DNA of 62,931 nt, filler included, from Octopus bimaculoides (lineage: Eukaryota), in assembly GCF_001194135.2 (NCBI RefSeq). It is 7 parts of 7 records of this genome, joined end to end, with 100 filler letters (N's around TTAATTAATTAA, not from the genome) between each part and the next. Parts side by side here need not be neighbours in the genome. Positions count along the whole stretch, not along the records: positions 6,644 to 20,604 come from NC_068999.1; positions 20,705 to 36,505 come from NC_068994.1; 5 more parts are not named here. One strand, written 5' to 3'. Positions 12,031 through 25,217 of the stretch are shown here, one piece after another (position 1 is the first letter of the stretch; every line of letters starts with the position of its first letter). Position numbers and translations under genes: made by a program. A model generated the notes under the pieces. That model did no database searches. It was not told the DNA's origin and saw only the letters and a list, made by a program, of their open reading frames with translations.

Positions 12031-12617
12031 TTGAAATAAAGCGCGAAGAGAGGAGAGTAAATATCATTAGCTTTAATTATTTATTCTTTCCAAATAAAAC
12101 AAGGGAGATAACTATGAAATCGAAGTACAAAACTTGAGGAATACAATGAAGATACCCAGTTGGGAATGCGTGTGACCTTTGGTAAGAACGATAAAGAAAA
12201 AAAAAATATATATGAATAAAAAAATAACGCCGTTTGTTACTAAATTGCTGTGAGCTTGTTTTGCTTCTATCAATCACACTTGTAATATGACTTAAATTCT
12301 TTTCTACTCAGCAGCCAGCTCGTGTCTGGCATATGTCAAACCTCCAAATACATACCACCGCTGCCATCAACACCACCACCTTCATACGCCGTCACTGTCG
12401 CCGCTCCCACCGCCACGCCGGAGAGAACACGTAGAGATAGCAAACCAGCTATTACATATATTAAAACATTCGCACTGAAAAGTAGAGGATATTGTTGTAA
12501 TATTAAGATTGCAGTTAGATTGCTCTGACCTTCTCCAAGTAGTTGTTCTCTTATCCTCAGCCGGCTTTTCTTTATATAAACATTCATCACAGCAGACTAC
12601 ATGCTTTCCATCTTGTT

Positions 12618-12719
<102 letters not shown>

Positions 12720-13199
12720 ACACACACACACACACACAAAGAGGCACGCACGCACAAGAATTGCTGTCAAATAACTCTTGTATTAACCGTTTCGACCGGA
12801 ATAAGAAACTAGTTTTAAAAGGCCATCTTTTGAAGGTCGCCTCACGTGACCAACACGCACATTTTTCATTCAATACCGTATATATATATATAGCATATAT
12901 AAACATACGTGTGTGAAATAAATATCATAATTATTTGGTATATACGCAGTACAAATATTTGCACGTGTATACATTCATGAAAAAATATATATCTGTATAT
13001 GTGAATATTTATATATATACGTACAAACAGGCACACTCACACACCCATATATATATATCCCATGTTGCAATGGGATATGCATATAGGAGGCGGGTGAAGG
13101 ATGGGAAAGCCTGAAGCCCCCACCAGAAGCTATTACAAATATTGATAAAAAGCAAAAAACAAATAAAAACATAAAAGGTTATTTTCTTTACTGGTGGAG

Positions 13200-13551
13200 T
13201 TTGGTGGTTCTTTCATCGTTACCATTATCCACCACAACCATGGCCATCACTGTCTACCACTTGTACTACAACCACCCCCATTACGACTACTACAACTACC
13301 ACCATTACTACTACTACTACAACTACTACTACTGCTACCACTATCTCCAAAACGACTACCACCACTACTACTACTTCAATTTCTACCACCATTACTACCA
13401 ACACTACACAATTACTGTCACTACTACTATCACCGCAACACCTAGTACTACTACTGCTATCACCACTGCTACCACTATCTCCAAAACCACTTCGACTACA
13501 ACTACCACTACTACTACTATCAACACCACTCGTAAATTACGACGACCACCA
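13200..13551. repeat. Mixed (CTA/CCA)n trinucleotide low-complexity tract running into an N gap
   Basis: Direct reading: tactactac/accaccact units. Confidence 0.9.
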
Positions 13552-14451
13552 NNNNNNNNNNNNNNNNNNNNNNNNNNNNNNNNNNNNNNNNNNNNNNNNN
13601 NNNNNNNNNNNNNNNNNNNNNNNNNNNNNNNNNNNNNNNNNNNNNNNNNNNNNNNNNNNNNNNNNNNNNNNNNNNNNNNNNNNNNNNNNNNNNNNNNNNN
13701 NNNNNNNNNNNNNNNNNNNNNNNNNNNNNNNNNNNNNNNNNNNNNNNNNNNNNNNNNNNNNNNNNNNNNNNNNNNNNNNNNNNNNNNNNNNNNNNNNNNN
13801 NNNNNNNNNNNNNNNNNNNNNNNNNNNNNNNNNNNNNNNNNNNNNNNNNNNNNNNNNNNNNNNNNNNNNNNNNNNNNNNNNNNNNNNNNNNNNNNNNNNN
13901 NNNNNNNNNNNNNNNNNNNNNNNNNNNNNNNNNNNNNNNNNNNNNNNNNNNNNNNNNNNNNNNNNNNNNNNNNNNNNNNNNNNNNNNNNNNNNNNNNNNN
14001 NNNNNNNNNNNNNNNNNNNNNNNNNNNNNNNNNNNNNNNNNNNNNNNNNNNNNNNNNNNNNNNNNNNNNNNNNNNNNNNNNNNNNNNNNNNNNNNNNNNN
14101 NNNNNNNNNNNNNNNNNNNNNNNNNNNNNNNNNNNNNNNNNNNNNNNNNNNNNNNNNNNNNNNNNNNNNNNNNNNNNNNNNNNNNNNNNNNNNNNNNNNN
14201 NNNNNNNNNNNNNNNNNNNNNNNNNNNNNNNNNNNNNNNNNNNNNNNNNNNNNNNNNNNNNNNNNNNNNNNNNNNNNNNNNNNNNNNNNNNNNNNNNNNN
14301 NNNNNNNNNNNNNNNNNNNNNNNNNNNNNNNNNNNNNNNNNNNNNNNNNNNNNNNNNNNNNNNNNNNNNNNNNNNNNNNNNNNNNNNNNNNNNNNNNNNN
14401 NNNNNNNNNNNNNNNNNNNNNNNNNNNNNNNNNNNNNNNNNNNNNNNNNNT

Positions 14452-14624
14452 TTAATCGAACGAATTGGCCCTATTAGTTATATTACTTTTAAGCCTGGTA
14501 CATATTCTATCCGTGACTTTTGTCGAACCGTTAAGTTGTCTAGCGTTGGTGGGAATAAGACAAATACAAAGACAGACAGACACACACACACACATATATA
14601 TATATATGTATATGTATATATATT

Positions 14625-14668
<44 letters not shown>

Positions 14669-14838
14669 AGCATACGACGGGCTTCTTTCAGTTTCCCTCT
14701 ACCAAGTCCGCTCACAAGGGTTTGGTCGGCTGGAGACTATAGTAGAAGACACTTATCGAAGTTGCAACGCAATGAGTCTGAACTAAGAACCGCGTTGTTG
14801 GGAAGCAAATTTCCTGTCACACAGCCACGACTGCGCGT
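14452..14838 (-). mobile_element. SINE family A, tail type 1
   Basis: gacgggcttctttcagtttccctctaccaagtccgctcacaaggg...cacacagccacgactgcgc (reverse complement of head). Confidence 0.85.
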
Positions 14839-16357
14839 GCAAAAGCGTGTGCGATGCTTCACGAATTTACACATTTATCTTGCGCAGGGACCACGCATAT
14901 CTCCATAAACGAAGAAGCATTTAGTGTCAAATTTCACAAACAAGTTAAACGGAGGAAAGCATAAGGTAGTCATAATTTCAAATTGAACTCGCGGGCCACA
15001 AATCAGAGGGGAAGAGTTAATCAAATACACCAAACTTGCCTTTCCTCCTATAGTGAGTCCTCAAAATAAGTTCCATTCGAGAACTGGGGTCAATATAATT
15101 GCCATCCCCTAACCCTCAAAATTGCTGCACTGGTGCCAAAATTTGAAGGCATTATTAGCATCATTATTATTGAAGCTTTAGAAATGAAAAACGAAAAAAT
15201 AGAACAAGATAACAGAACTGAATCCATCAGGAAACCATGAACTTGAAACGCAGAGACCCGGAAGTAAATATTAAAACATATATAAAAAAGTATCTTCCGG
15301 TTCTATTACTTTACCTTTTCCCGTTGCTCCATATTTAAGTACAACATTTTTCCACTAAAGGGCAACTCAGTCATTAGATGACCTATAAATCTTGTTATGT
15401 TCTCGGCAAGTCAGTTCAATTGGCGGTCTAATTCCTTGTTTTGACACTTTTTTTTCCTGCAGTTATTAACGACAAAATGAAAGTATTATTGATTGTTATG
15501 GGGGATAACAACAATACAAAGTGATTGTTTCCCTTTGTAACCGCCATTCTCCAAATAGTTACGCATACTTACAAACATATATACTGCAAACATAATGGCC
15601 TAGATATAGTTGTTTGAAAGAGAAAAGAAAAAATATGTATTGTCCTAGAAGTCAGCTGCCCCGCTTATAAGAATATCGCTCCGAGAATCAGACAGTGAGA
15701 AGATAACTACAGAAGACCTTCAGTTTCTATATTCACATTGATACCAATTGTAATTTGTACTCTTAATTTTATAAGTGCCTAATTGGTAGTATGGATAAGC
15801 TAGGATTTTCAGAAAAAGATATCGACCAGCTCACAAACGCATTCCAAATAAAATCTGTAAGCGGAGCAGTAAAAATAGACACGACTTTTATCAAGTTCAA
15901 AATGTAACATTGTTGCTGTTATTTACATGTTAAAGATAGAACTGTGTATCTTTGTTAGAAACCAGCTCCTTCTTTGCAGGAAGACAACATATGAATAAAA
16001 ACAGGAGAAAATATATATACATGCATACATACAGACATACATACGTAAATAAGTATATGCAAAATTTGTGGAGTTCACACTGAAGATATGACCCATATCA
16101 TAAGCAGTTGTCCGAAAATGTCATCACATGACGTTGTAGCTAGGACATTCTATAGTGAAATCCGTCAGAAGGAGAATCCCGAAGACAAAGAAATAAGAAG
16201 TCACAATGTGGTAGAAGCTAAAGACACTCACAACAAAAAAAAGAATTCTGGTGGAATGTACGAGTGAAGACCTCAATAAAATGTGAGCACAACAGACCTG
16301 ATATAATGATTTGGGACAGAGAAGAGAAACGGTGGAAAAGAATTTACATGTGTATGT

Positions 16358-16424
16358 AGGCGCAAGGCGTGGCTGTGGAGTAAAACACTTGTTTTCTAAT
16401 CACATGGTTCCGGGTTCAGTACAG

Positions 16425-16516
<92 letters not shown>

Positions 16517-16752
16517 AATATACATATATGTGTATGCGTGTCTGTGTTTGTCCCTCACACTGCTTGACAACCGGTTTTGGTGTGTTTACATCCCTGTAAG
16601 TTAGCGGTGGTTCGGCAAAAGTTACCGATTAAAATAAGTACCAGGCGAAAACCAAAAATAAATACCGGGGTCTATCTATTCACCTAAAAATGCCGCCAGG
16701 CGGTGCCCCAGCATGGCTGCAGTCCTACGACTGAATCAATTAAAAGATAAAA
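16358..16752 (+). mobile_element. SINE family A with internal deletion and (CA)n
   Basis: aggcgcaaggcgtggctgtggag...catggttccgggttcagt then (CA)n then tail ...ggcggtgccccagcatggctgcagtcctacgactgaatcaattaaaagataa. Confidence 0.85.
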
Positions 16753-17336
16753 TATGCCATCTCACTAAACGACTTTGACATATTTATTCCCTTCTCCGCG
16801 ATTTGATCGATCTCTAATTCGCGTCTACAAAATGCTAGAATATAGATTTCGTCTACTAAATTTATGCAGATTTATTTGATTAAAGAAACGTATCGGCTAT
16901 AATGACTAATCTATGTCTGATTAAAGAGTGTATTTGATGAATCAATCAATTTATAATACTGACTGATTATTTTATTAAGAAGATAGGACATAAACTGGAG
17001 GACACGGAAAACCATCATATTTAACGTTTCTTGATTATATATGCGCATCTAAATATATTTAGCAATCGGTAGAGACTGCATGAAGTTAAATGCCAAGCAA
17101 ATTAGAACTCGAGCGCCAAAGCTAGACTGTCTGAGTTTCGAAGTTATTTAAACTGTTATTTTGTGTAGTATATATATATACATATCATATCGCTCGCTCG
17201 CTTATTACAGTGATATATATCGTATAAATATTGTATTATATAGACTATGGCTATGTTACTTTAAGTGATTCAAATATTCCAAGGAAACTGGATAGAGAAC
17301 TCTAGTTATCACAATGTGATAACTAGAGTATTTAAC

Positions 17337-18232
17337 CCGAAATTGTCTGACAGACATTACTGGGTTCTTCTGCTTGTGTGGCATGGTGCAGAGTCCTTTT
17401 GCCAGACAGAGGGTCTTCTATCAGCCACCCTCTGGGCCCAGGGCAGCACTACCTCATCCAGGCACTTGAAGCAGGCCTCCGTGTTGAGTCTGAGGTCGTA
17501 TGGGAAGATGAATGGTGGCATAAACTTGCCATCATCAGTGATCACTTCGAACACCATGATTTTGACTGAATGTTCGATTTTTATCACTCTAGGTACATGC
17601 TGTGAAGACACAACACGCCAACGGTTGTTCGGTGTGTTCACCATCTCATCCTAGCAGAATTTTTTCTCGTCTGAAAAAACCAAAGCATGTTCGGTTGCAG
17701 AGAATACATGAGTTTGTTCAAAAGCTTCGTAGCGCTGTCTTTCCTCTTGTCATTAATGGCTTGGTATAAAAATTGCCCCCTTTCTGAACTTGTATGAGTA
17801 ATAACGAATATCTTCATGTACTACCTGCCTGATAAGGAACTGAGACACTCCCATGTCCCTGGCGAAGGACCTGATTGGCTTGGAGGGATCGTTGTCAATC
17901 ATGGCCCGGACCTTACCAACAAATTCAGTTCTATTCTTATCAGAATGACCAGAGTAAGTTTTCCAACTCTTTCCGAATCCTCTACACTGTCCTCAGATTC
18001 ACACCCAAATACTCTGAAATGTTCGTATTGGAGCTTCCAGCGCGAAAATCAAGGAGTACAGCATGTCGTTTCGAAATTGCTGGCAGAGTGAATTGTGTCA
18101 TGGTGCTATTTTTGTTACAGACGGGGCCCAACTGACCCTACCACGTTGAGTAGGTGGCACAATCAAAATCAAACAAGGCGCATGCGTTAAATTACAAATA
18201 TAAAATGGTGACAATTTACCCATCGCACTCTG
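17337..18232 (-). mobile_element. Decayed Tc1/mariner transposon, maT/DD37D-like, 3' truncated
   Basis: Terminus TA|cagagtgcgatgggtaaattgtcacc at 18232. ATG at ~18103 gives MTQFTLP...GVNLRTV*RIRKE (HTH). Then FSDEKKFC*DEMVNTPNNRW...IMVFEVITDDGKFMPPFIFP...WQKDSAPCH. Contains stops and frameshifts and lacks the third catalytic residue. Confidence 0.9.
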
Positions 18233-18782
18233 TATACATACATACATATATACATACATACATGCATACAAGCATACATACAAACAGACATATATGACAA
18301 ATTATTTAGTATTCCGTCTATTTTTTCTAGTGATATTAAAAACCACCCACCGGCTATTTTCTTCTAAGTTTGCATCGTACATTAACAGAGTTCTACGAAT
18401 TGCTCTAAGATCTCGTTCCCTCTTTAGAATACTTCTACATTCTCTAACTAGGAGATGCTATGCTATCAACAACTCATAGCTTGTTCCTATCATTTTATTT
18501 GCAAAGAATTGAAACGTTTCAATGGATCAGGTGTCGGCCTTGCGGCTGAAGAATCTTGTATTTTTCTCCCAATATTGGTATGGATTGTATTCTTGGAGAG
18601 TAAATGCATTCGTCAATTGCATGTTCCAAGCACATTGTAATATAACACGCGAATCAAAGAAAGAAAAAGAGAGGACATTTCGGTTCTGCGACAGCAGCAG
18701 ATGAAGACGGCATATTCACGCTATTGGCCACTTAGCAAGCATTTCTCTAAAATAAGCATTTGCTTCAAAATACCTTTCACAA

Positions 18783-18827
<45 letters not shown>

Positions 18828-18828
18828 C

Positions 18829-18887
<59 letters not shown>

Positions 18888-19229
18888 NNNNNNNNNNNNN
18901 NNNNNNNNNNNNNNNNNNNNNNNNNNNNNNNNNNNNNNNNNNNNNNNNNNNNNNNNNNNNNNNNNNNNNNNNNNNNNNNNNNNNNNNNNNNNNNNNNNNN
19001 NNNNNNNNNNNNNNNNNNNNNNNNNNNNNNNNNNNNNNNNNNNNNNNNNNNNNNNNNNNNNNNNNNNNNNNNNNNNNNNNNNNNNNNNNNNNNNNNNNNN
19101 NNNNNNNNNNNNNNNNNNNNNATATATATATATATATACATATACATATATGCATACATATATGTATATATATTTACATATACGTAAATGTCGAACGATG
19201 AAAATGATTGCTCAACACAACTTTGGTGG

Positions 19230-19700
19230 ATATAATTTCTTTATTTGAGAATTAAGGCTACCGTTGGTTTGATGTTAAAAAACATAGGAATAATATCCTA
19301 ATATCCTTATATGGAGAAAAGTCTCATTAAATAATATCAATGATATGAAGCCTTGCAACTGCGGCGCAAGTAAAACCTGTGCCCTGAACGGAAATTGCCG
19401 TATTACAAAAATGCCGTATACCAATGCAAGATTATCTCTGGAACTAAGAAACTTTTCTATACTAGATTTCCTTCTACAGACTTGAAATCCAAACTGGCGA
19501 ACCACTTTTCTAACTTCAAATACAATCGTAAGCGTAATTGTACAGGTTGTAGTAAACTAATCTGGCACCGTAAAGACTGTAACAGACTTTTTTCTTTAGA
19601 CTGGAAAATTTTATCTGGACCATTCCCCTATGACAAAGGGAAATCTTTTTATCCTTTCTGTACGGAAGAGTAATTTTCTATCCTCTTTCCCAAACAAACT
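19230..19700 (+). mobile_element. Penelope-like element fragment, GIY-YIG endonuclease region (pseudogenised)
   Basis: CNCGASKTCALNGNC (19354) then a frameshift to NAVYQCKI...LANHFSNFKYNRKRNCTGCSKLIWHRKD...LDWKILS..PYDKG...FCTEE. Follows the CNC..CPL.G.C..VY...NH..SF....ST.LSK.IW.LK...WKI...Y..G.K.C.LC pattern of Penelope endonucleases. Confidence 0.85.
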
Positions 19701-19869
19701 GGTGAACACGTTTACGGAGCGAGTTTACAGGTGTTCACATTGGAAAAGACGCAGTCAAATGAGTGAAAAGTGTGAAATATTAAAGATGAAAGATACATAC
19801 ATACATGCATAATGCATACATACATACATACATACATACATACATACATACATACATACATACATACAT

Positions 19870-19995
19870 TCTACCAATGATCACGATAGCTGGAATAATA
19901 AAAATCTGCAAGACCTTCTTAAACTTTAAAGAACGATGAACAAAACAGGACGCCACCCTTCACAATCTTGCTAACAAGTAGCTGCTCTGTGAAAA
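19870..19995. repeat. Interspersed repeat shared with 49690-49815 (possible Penelope pLTR piece)
   Basis: tctgcaagaccttcttaaactttaaagaacgatgaacaaaacaggacgccacccttcacaatcttgctaacaagtagc versus tctgcaagaccttcttaagatttaaaagatgagggacaaaacaagatgctttccttcacaatcttcctaacaaatagg. Confidence 0.75.
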
Positions 19996-20604
19996 TTGAA
20001 TCAAAATTAAATAGAGAAAAAAAGCTAACGTACATACGTATATAAATATGTATGGATGTATGTATACATAGGCACGTGTCGTGCATATTATTTAACGTAT
20101 TTAGTTTCTTATAAGCATTTCTAAACATCTAACTTTAGTTGAAAGCTGTGTGATCAATATTGATGTTTTGGACTACAACTTCTGACGTCTAAGATAACTT
20201 TTGGACATAAAGTAGTAAAGAAAATATGTTAAGTATATTCATATACAGTTCCGTGGTTGTTATTAAACCTCACGTATTTCTGCTGAACTGGAGGTCATCA
20301 GAAAAAGAGATGCTGAGATATATATTAAATTGGGTCAGTATTGAATAAACACTTTCTGTGAATTAGTCCAGCATGGAATGGCATTGATTCATTGAACTGC
20401 TTCGATCTAAATTACTTAATTTCTCATGAAAAGCAATTTTACAAAATTCAATTTTGTGTCCAACTTTATATATATTGAAACATTTTTACATTTAATATTG
20501 ATATTGGGAATGAAATCGAAAAGTATACAAACACGCACACACAGACATGCATGTATTTATGCACATATATACATGCATCATATATATATATATATATATA
20601 TATA

Positions 20605-20704
20605 NNNNNNNNNNNNNNNNNNNNNNNNNNNNNNNNNNNNNNNNNNNNTTAATTAATTAANNNNNNNNNNNNNNNNNNNNNNNNNNNNNNNNNNNNNNNN
20701 NNNN
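20605..20704. other. Artificial scaffold-joining spacer
   Basis: 44 N + TTAATTAATTAA (20649-20660) + 44 N. Confidence 0.97.
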
Positions 20705-20765
<61 letters not shown>

Positions 20766-21639
20766 TACATACAACTGACTGTCACAGAATAATACAACTA
20801 CAACATAAGATATAGAGAGAGGGAAAGAGAAAGAAGAAAGAGCTAAAAATTACATTACATCACATCAATGTGGAAAATTCCAGAAATAAATACACATTAA
20901 TACAAGATGAACTTGGGAGGTAGATTAATATCAAAATAGAAACAAAGAAAGAAAATTAAGGTGTCACGTCGAGCATATGAAATAAAATCTAACCTATGGA
21001 ATCTAATTATACAACCAAAGTGTATGTCTAAAGTTTAAAAAAAACTGAATTATCAAATCAGAAAATAAAGGCAAATCGTAATAATAAAAAAAAAAATAGA
21101 AGATAATGGTAGGGAGAAGAAGACTAGCAATAAAGAGTAAAGAAACAGGACAGAAACTAAATGAATGACAGGTACCATGTTTGGATTGAAACCGGATCCT
21201 ATTTAACAACAATACCATGAACACATAGTGGGTATGCTGGTACAGTCACAACAAGCTAGATAATGAGGTTAGTGGGCTTGAAGCACTTGCATGTGCAGCC
21301 ATTCTTTTCACTAAAATAACTTCTGACTTAATGCACACACACTGAAAGAGATATGAATAGAAAAGATAAGACAAAAAATTTGTCTCCCTTAAACTTGGGA
21401 GTCTCTTAAGAGCCAGCCAGCACTTAATTCCATTTAGTTAAGGGCATGACGGATAAAGCATTTTCCTGGAAAGGATGCCGGTCTGCATCAGATTAAAACA
21501 TTCCCAGTTTATTTGGTACCACTTATCCTTGGTACATTGAATTAGGTAAATGAGTTGTTCTACAAAACGAAATGGTGGCAGCAGATTTAAAACGTGATTT
21601 TGAACAGACTCTAAGCTCTCATCTGTTTATTGATTTAGA

Positions 21640-22125
21640 AGCAGGCATGGCTGTATAGTTAAGAAGTTTGTTTGTAGTTTCAGATTCAGTCCCCCAAATT
21701 TTACTCATAAGGCACTTCTTTGGTAGAAGACACTTGCCTCAGGTACTATACAGTAGAATTAAACATGGAATGATGTAGTTCTGAAGAAAACTTCTTCACC
21801 TCACAGCCAAGCCTATTTCAAAACAGTCCGCGGCTGACCAAAGCCTTATGAGTAGATTTGGAAGATAGATACTAAAGGAAGCCTCATGCGTGTGTTCACT
21901 GTCTTGACACCATGTGATGGTTGTAAACAAACTTCACCATCATACAAACAATGTTGTTTGTTTTCAATCTTTCATAAAAAGCATACAGCTATGGGGAAAG
22001 AAATTACTTTGTTTGTTAATAAATGAGGATTTGCAACAGGAAGGGCATCTGGTTGTAGAATAACTGCCTCAGCAAATTCCCTCTGATCCATGCAACCATG
22101 GAAAAGAGAATATTAAACAATGATG
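21640..22125 (+). mobile_element. SINE family A head with tail type 2 (RTE-like GAT tail); contains an inverted head fragment
   Basis: gcaggcatggctgtatagttaagaag...; 3' end caggaagggcatctggttgtagaa...catgcaaccatggaaaagagaatattaaacaatgatg. Confidence 0.7.
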
Positions 22126-23696
22126 TGGATATATATTACATTAATATTACATGACATTAGTGGGTTTTCATATCGAGAATTGTCTCTAGTTGTTGGCATT
22201 TCCTTCATCTAAGTGCAGAATTATCTGGTGGAAAGAGTGGGAACAATTCCTTCAAATCAGTGAAGTGCAGTCAATTCTGCTGGTAGCTGAAGTGTTCATT
22301 TAAAATTTGCCAAGAGAAATGAAAAGGATTTAAAAAAAAAAAATCAGAAAAGGCAAAAAAGTTAGAAAGACATTTACATTGGTAAATAGTTAAGTGAACG
22401 AATACTACAAAAGTTACTTTACAAATAGCCAAGAGAAGTAAAGCCTCTTAGTATAAATAAACAATTAAGTTTCTCGATCGAGTGGCCACAGAACACTGAC
22501 AGCTACTGTGAGAAAGATTATTGTTCTAATATGAATTATGTACAATAAAGCTGGAAGTAAGGAACAAGCACAAGCATGTACAAACATAAACTATAAACTT
22601 GTTTCACAGATTTTAAGAGTAAAAAAACTGATCTTGGGCAGCAAATTGGCAGTTGTTAGCATGCTAGAAAGAACACCTTGGAAAATTTCTTCCAAGTTCA
22701 AACACAGCCAAAATCAACTTTGCCTTTCGTCCTTTCACAGTCAATAAAGAAGTACCAATCCAAAGCAAGTCTGGCCCTTTGGGTTCTAAGTTGAAATCCC
22801 ACTATGGCCAACACGGATGCTAAACCAGGTGACAAACTAATTCTATTACCCAAGTAGTGAAATTCACCACTCTGCTGTAAGTATTTACACCAGGTTTCTG
22901 CTTTGAGGATACCTTCCTCACTCCCTTCCTCTCACCAGCCTCAGAAACCCTGTAATGAACAAGTAAACAGGTACTGCCTTCCCCACCAACTAATGGACAA
23001 AAAAGAAAAAAAAAGAGAGAAAAAAGACTGCCTTACTGGATCAGCACAATTGCCATTAGTCACGGAGCAAGCTGGTGGGGGAGTGAATATATACAAAGGA
23101 AGTCAATAACCTATGAGATATTAAAAAAGATGCCAGCTATTTCTTTAGCTAACGGCAAAAGTAGAATAGAAGAGACTGATTAATCCTCAATTATAAATGA
23201 TTTCTTTCGTCAGCACCGAAACTACAGTTGATTAAACTTTAAGAGTAAAAACCACTGATGCTTCATCAACCATACCATCAATCTATTACAACCATTTTAT
23301 TTTTGTCTGTTTTTATCAGAGTTTGATAAATGTGACAAATATATTGTTCTTGTCCATTGTTTACATCATTGAATATGCAATAGAAAGAAAGTGAATTATT
23401 TAGTTATTCAGTTAACTCTGGTGAGAAATACACTAGAATGGTGGTTCTTGTTGTTGGCTGCAGAACAGACTTGGGTGGGGAGAGAGAGTAAACAAAGAAG
23501 AGAAAAAATTGTAAGCCAAAGGAATGTCGGTCAATTATACAACCCCAAGCACTGCTTCTAGCAGTAAGCTAACCCCCTCCTCAGAGTACCTATTGACAGC
23601 TAACAACAAAAAAATGTGTCTTGCCAATGGACAGGATGTAATATGTGTAGGCAACACAATTTTAAGACTTTGACCATTGTCCAGTAAGTAGTTTAA

Positions 23697-23917
23697 CCCT
23701 TTAGCATTCAGATTATTCCGTCAAATTTAATGCTTTTTATTCACCTTGTTTTGAATTAACCTTGCATTATTTCTCAGCTTTGAGAGTTCAATGATGTGAT
23801 TATTTTCGTTTAGAATGACATTGTAAAATAGCTGTAAGAAGTTGGATCTGGCCTGTTTAAACATAAAGGAGGCAGAGAATATTTTGGTTGGATATGGCAG
23901 GTTTAAATGCAAAAGGG
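23697..23917 (+). mobile_element. piggyBac-type MITE (~220 bp)
   Basis: TTAA|ccctttagcattc ... aatgcaaaaggg|TTAA; TTAA on both sides and short TIRs. Confidence 0.85.
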
Positions 23918-24004
23918 TTAAAACACTATTAAGCAAGAACTCGGATGGGATAATGGCAAATAAAAAAATAGAATATAGATCATTGTTCCCTTCAACTCCT
24001 TTAA

Positions 24005-24223
24005 CCCTCTAGCATTTAAACCGGCCATATCCAGCCAAAATATTCTACCTGTTTAAGTTCAAACTGGCCAAATCTGGCCTCTCACACCGACCCTACAATA
24101 TCATTCTAAAAATTAATGTTTACCTCAAAAAAATCTCAAAGTTACAAGATAATGCATTCTTAATTCAAAACAATATGAATAAATAAGCATTGCTTTTCAC
24201 AGAAGAATGTGAATGCTAAAGGG
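24005..24223 (-). mobile_element. piggyBac-type MITE, inverted relative to 23697-23917
   Basis: TTAA|ccctctagcatttaaaccggccatatcc ... gaatgctaaaggg|TTAA. Confidence 0.85.
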
Positions 24224-25178
24224 TTAAAGTTCCCTTTTGGAAAAACATGACAATAGAAGAAAAATATTGTAAACCTACCTTCACAAGACAAAATGAATGG
24301 AAATGTCCTTATTGATATGCTTAGTGATGAGATAAGATAGATAGATATATATATCCGATAGCAAAAATATCCAATGATTGATTATTTTTGTATATCCAAA
24401 GATTTTGAAGAGATATCAAGATGGGATGCAGCAGCTGTGGTAGATTGTTGGGGGAAGTTGCTAAGTGAATTGCAACTTGACCATAACTGCATATTTTGCA
24501 GCCAAATAATGAGGAAAACACATTAAAAGCAGCAGACACCTGTGGAGACAAATGGAAGATCATTAGTATAGGAAATAGGAAAGTTAAAATTAAGAAGAAA
24601 ATGGAAATGAAATTTAAATAATCATAGACATTAATTTAAGTAATCATTGATAGGAATTTATTTAATCATTGGTAAAACTTAATTAAGCATTGATATGGAA
24701 AGCAGACACAAAATGATAACGGCATCATCTGTATCATCATCACTGCCACCATCATCATCATTAGTGTTAAATAAACATTGAAGACAGATGAAACTAAAAG
24801 TAGCCCAAGTCAGCAAAAATATTTCAATAAAGGTTCTCATTTGCTCAGCAGGATCCAAAACGCTTGGAATTTCCCTCAGAAAATCAGTTTTGCTTGGCTG
24901 GGGTGGGGTCCAGAGTTCATACATCTCTCCCATAACACAGAAACTTATTCGAACTGGCAATTATGACTAGGAGTTTGTTTTCTGATTAATGCAGAACAAG
25001 TCTGCATTAATCACTGCACCTGCCACCTAACCAACTCGCTGTTCTTAAGGTATTATACTGGTGTTGATGGGATTGCCTGCTGACAAACAGAAGCTAATGG
25101 TAATATGGCAAGTGCCTTCTACTATAGCTCAGGGCTGACCAAAGCCTTGTGAGTGGATTTGATAGACAGAAACAAAAA

Positions 25179-25217
<39 letters not shown>

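Noticed and set aside
13201-14742. 513-aa ORF, apparently Tyr/His/Thr-rich
   Set aside because: It is a trinucleotide repeat plus a ~900-N gap plus a SINE fragment.
16075-16125. CTGAAGA...CGAAA spacing; similar core-like hits at 20295 (minus) and 36224
   Set aside because: No stem II closing the core and no stem I or III; chance matches.
17265-17654. 129-aa plus-strand ORF
   Set aside because: Antisense shadow of the decayed transposase.
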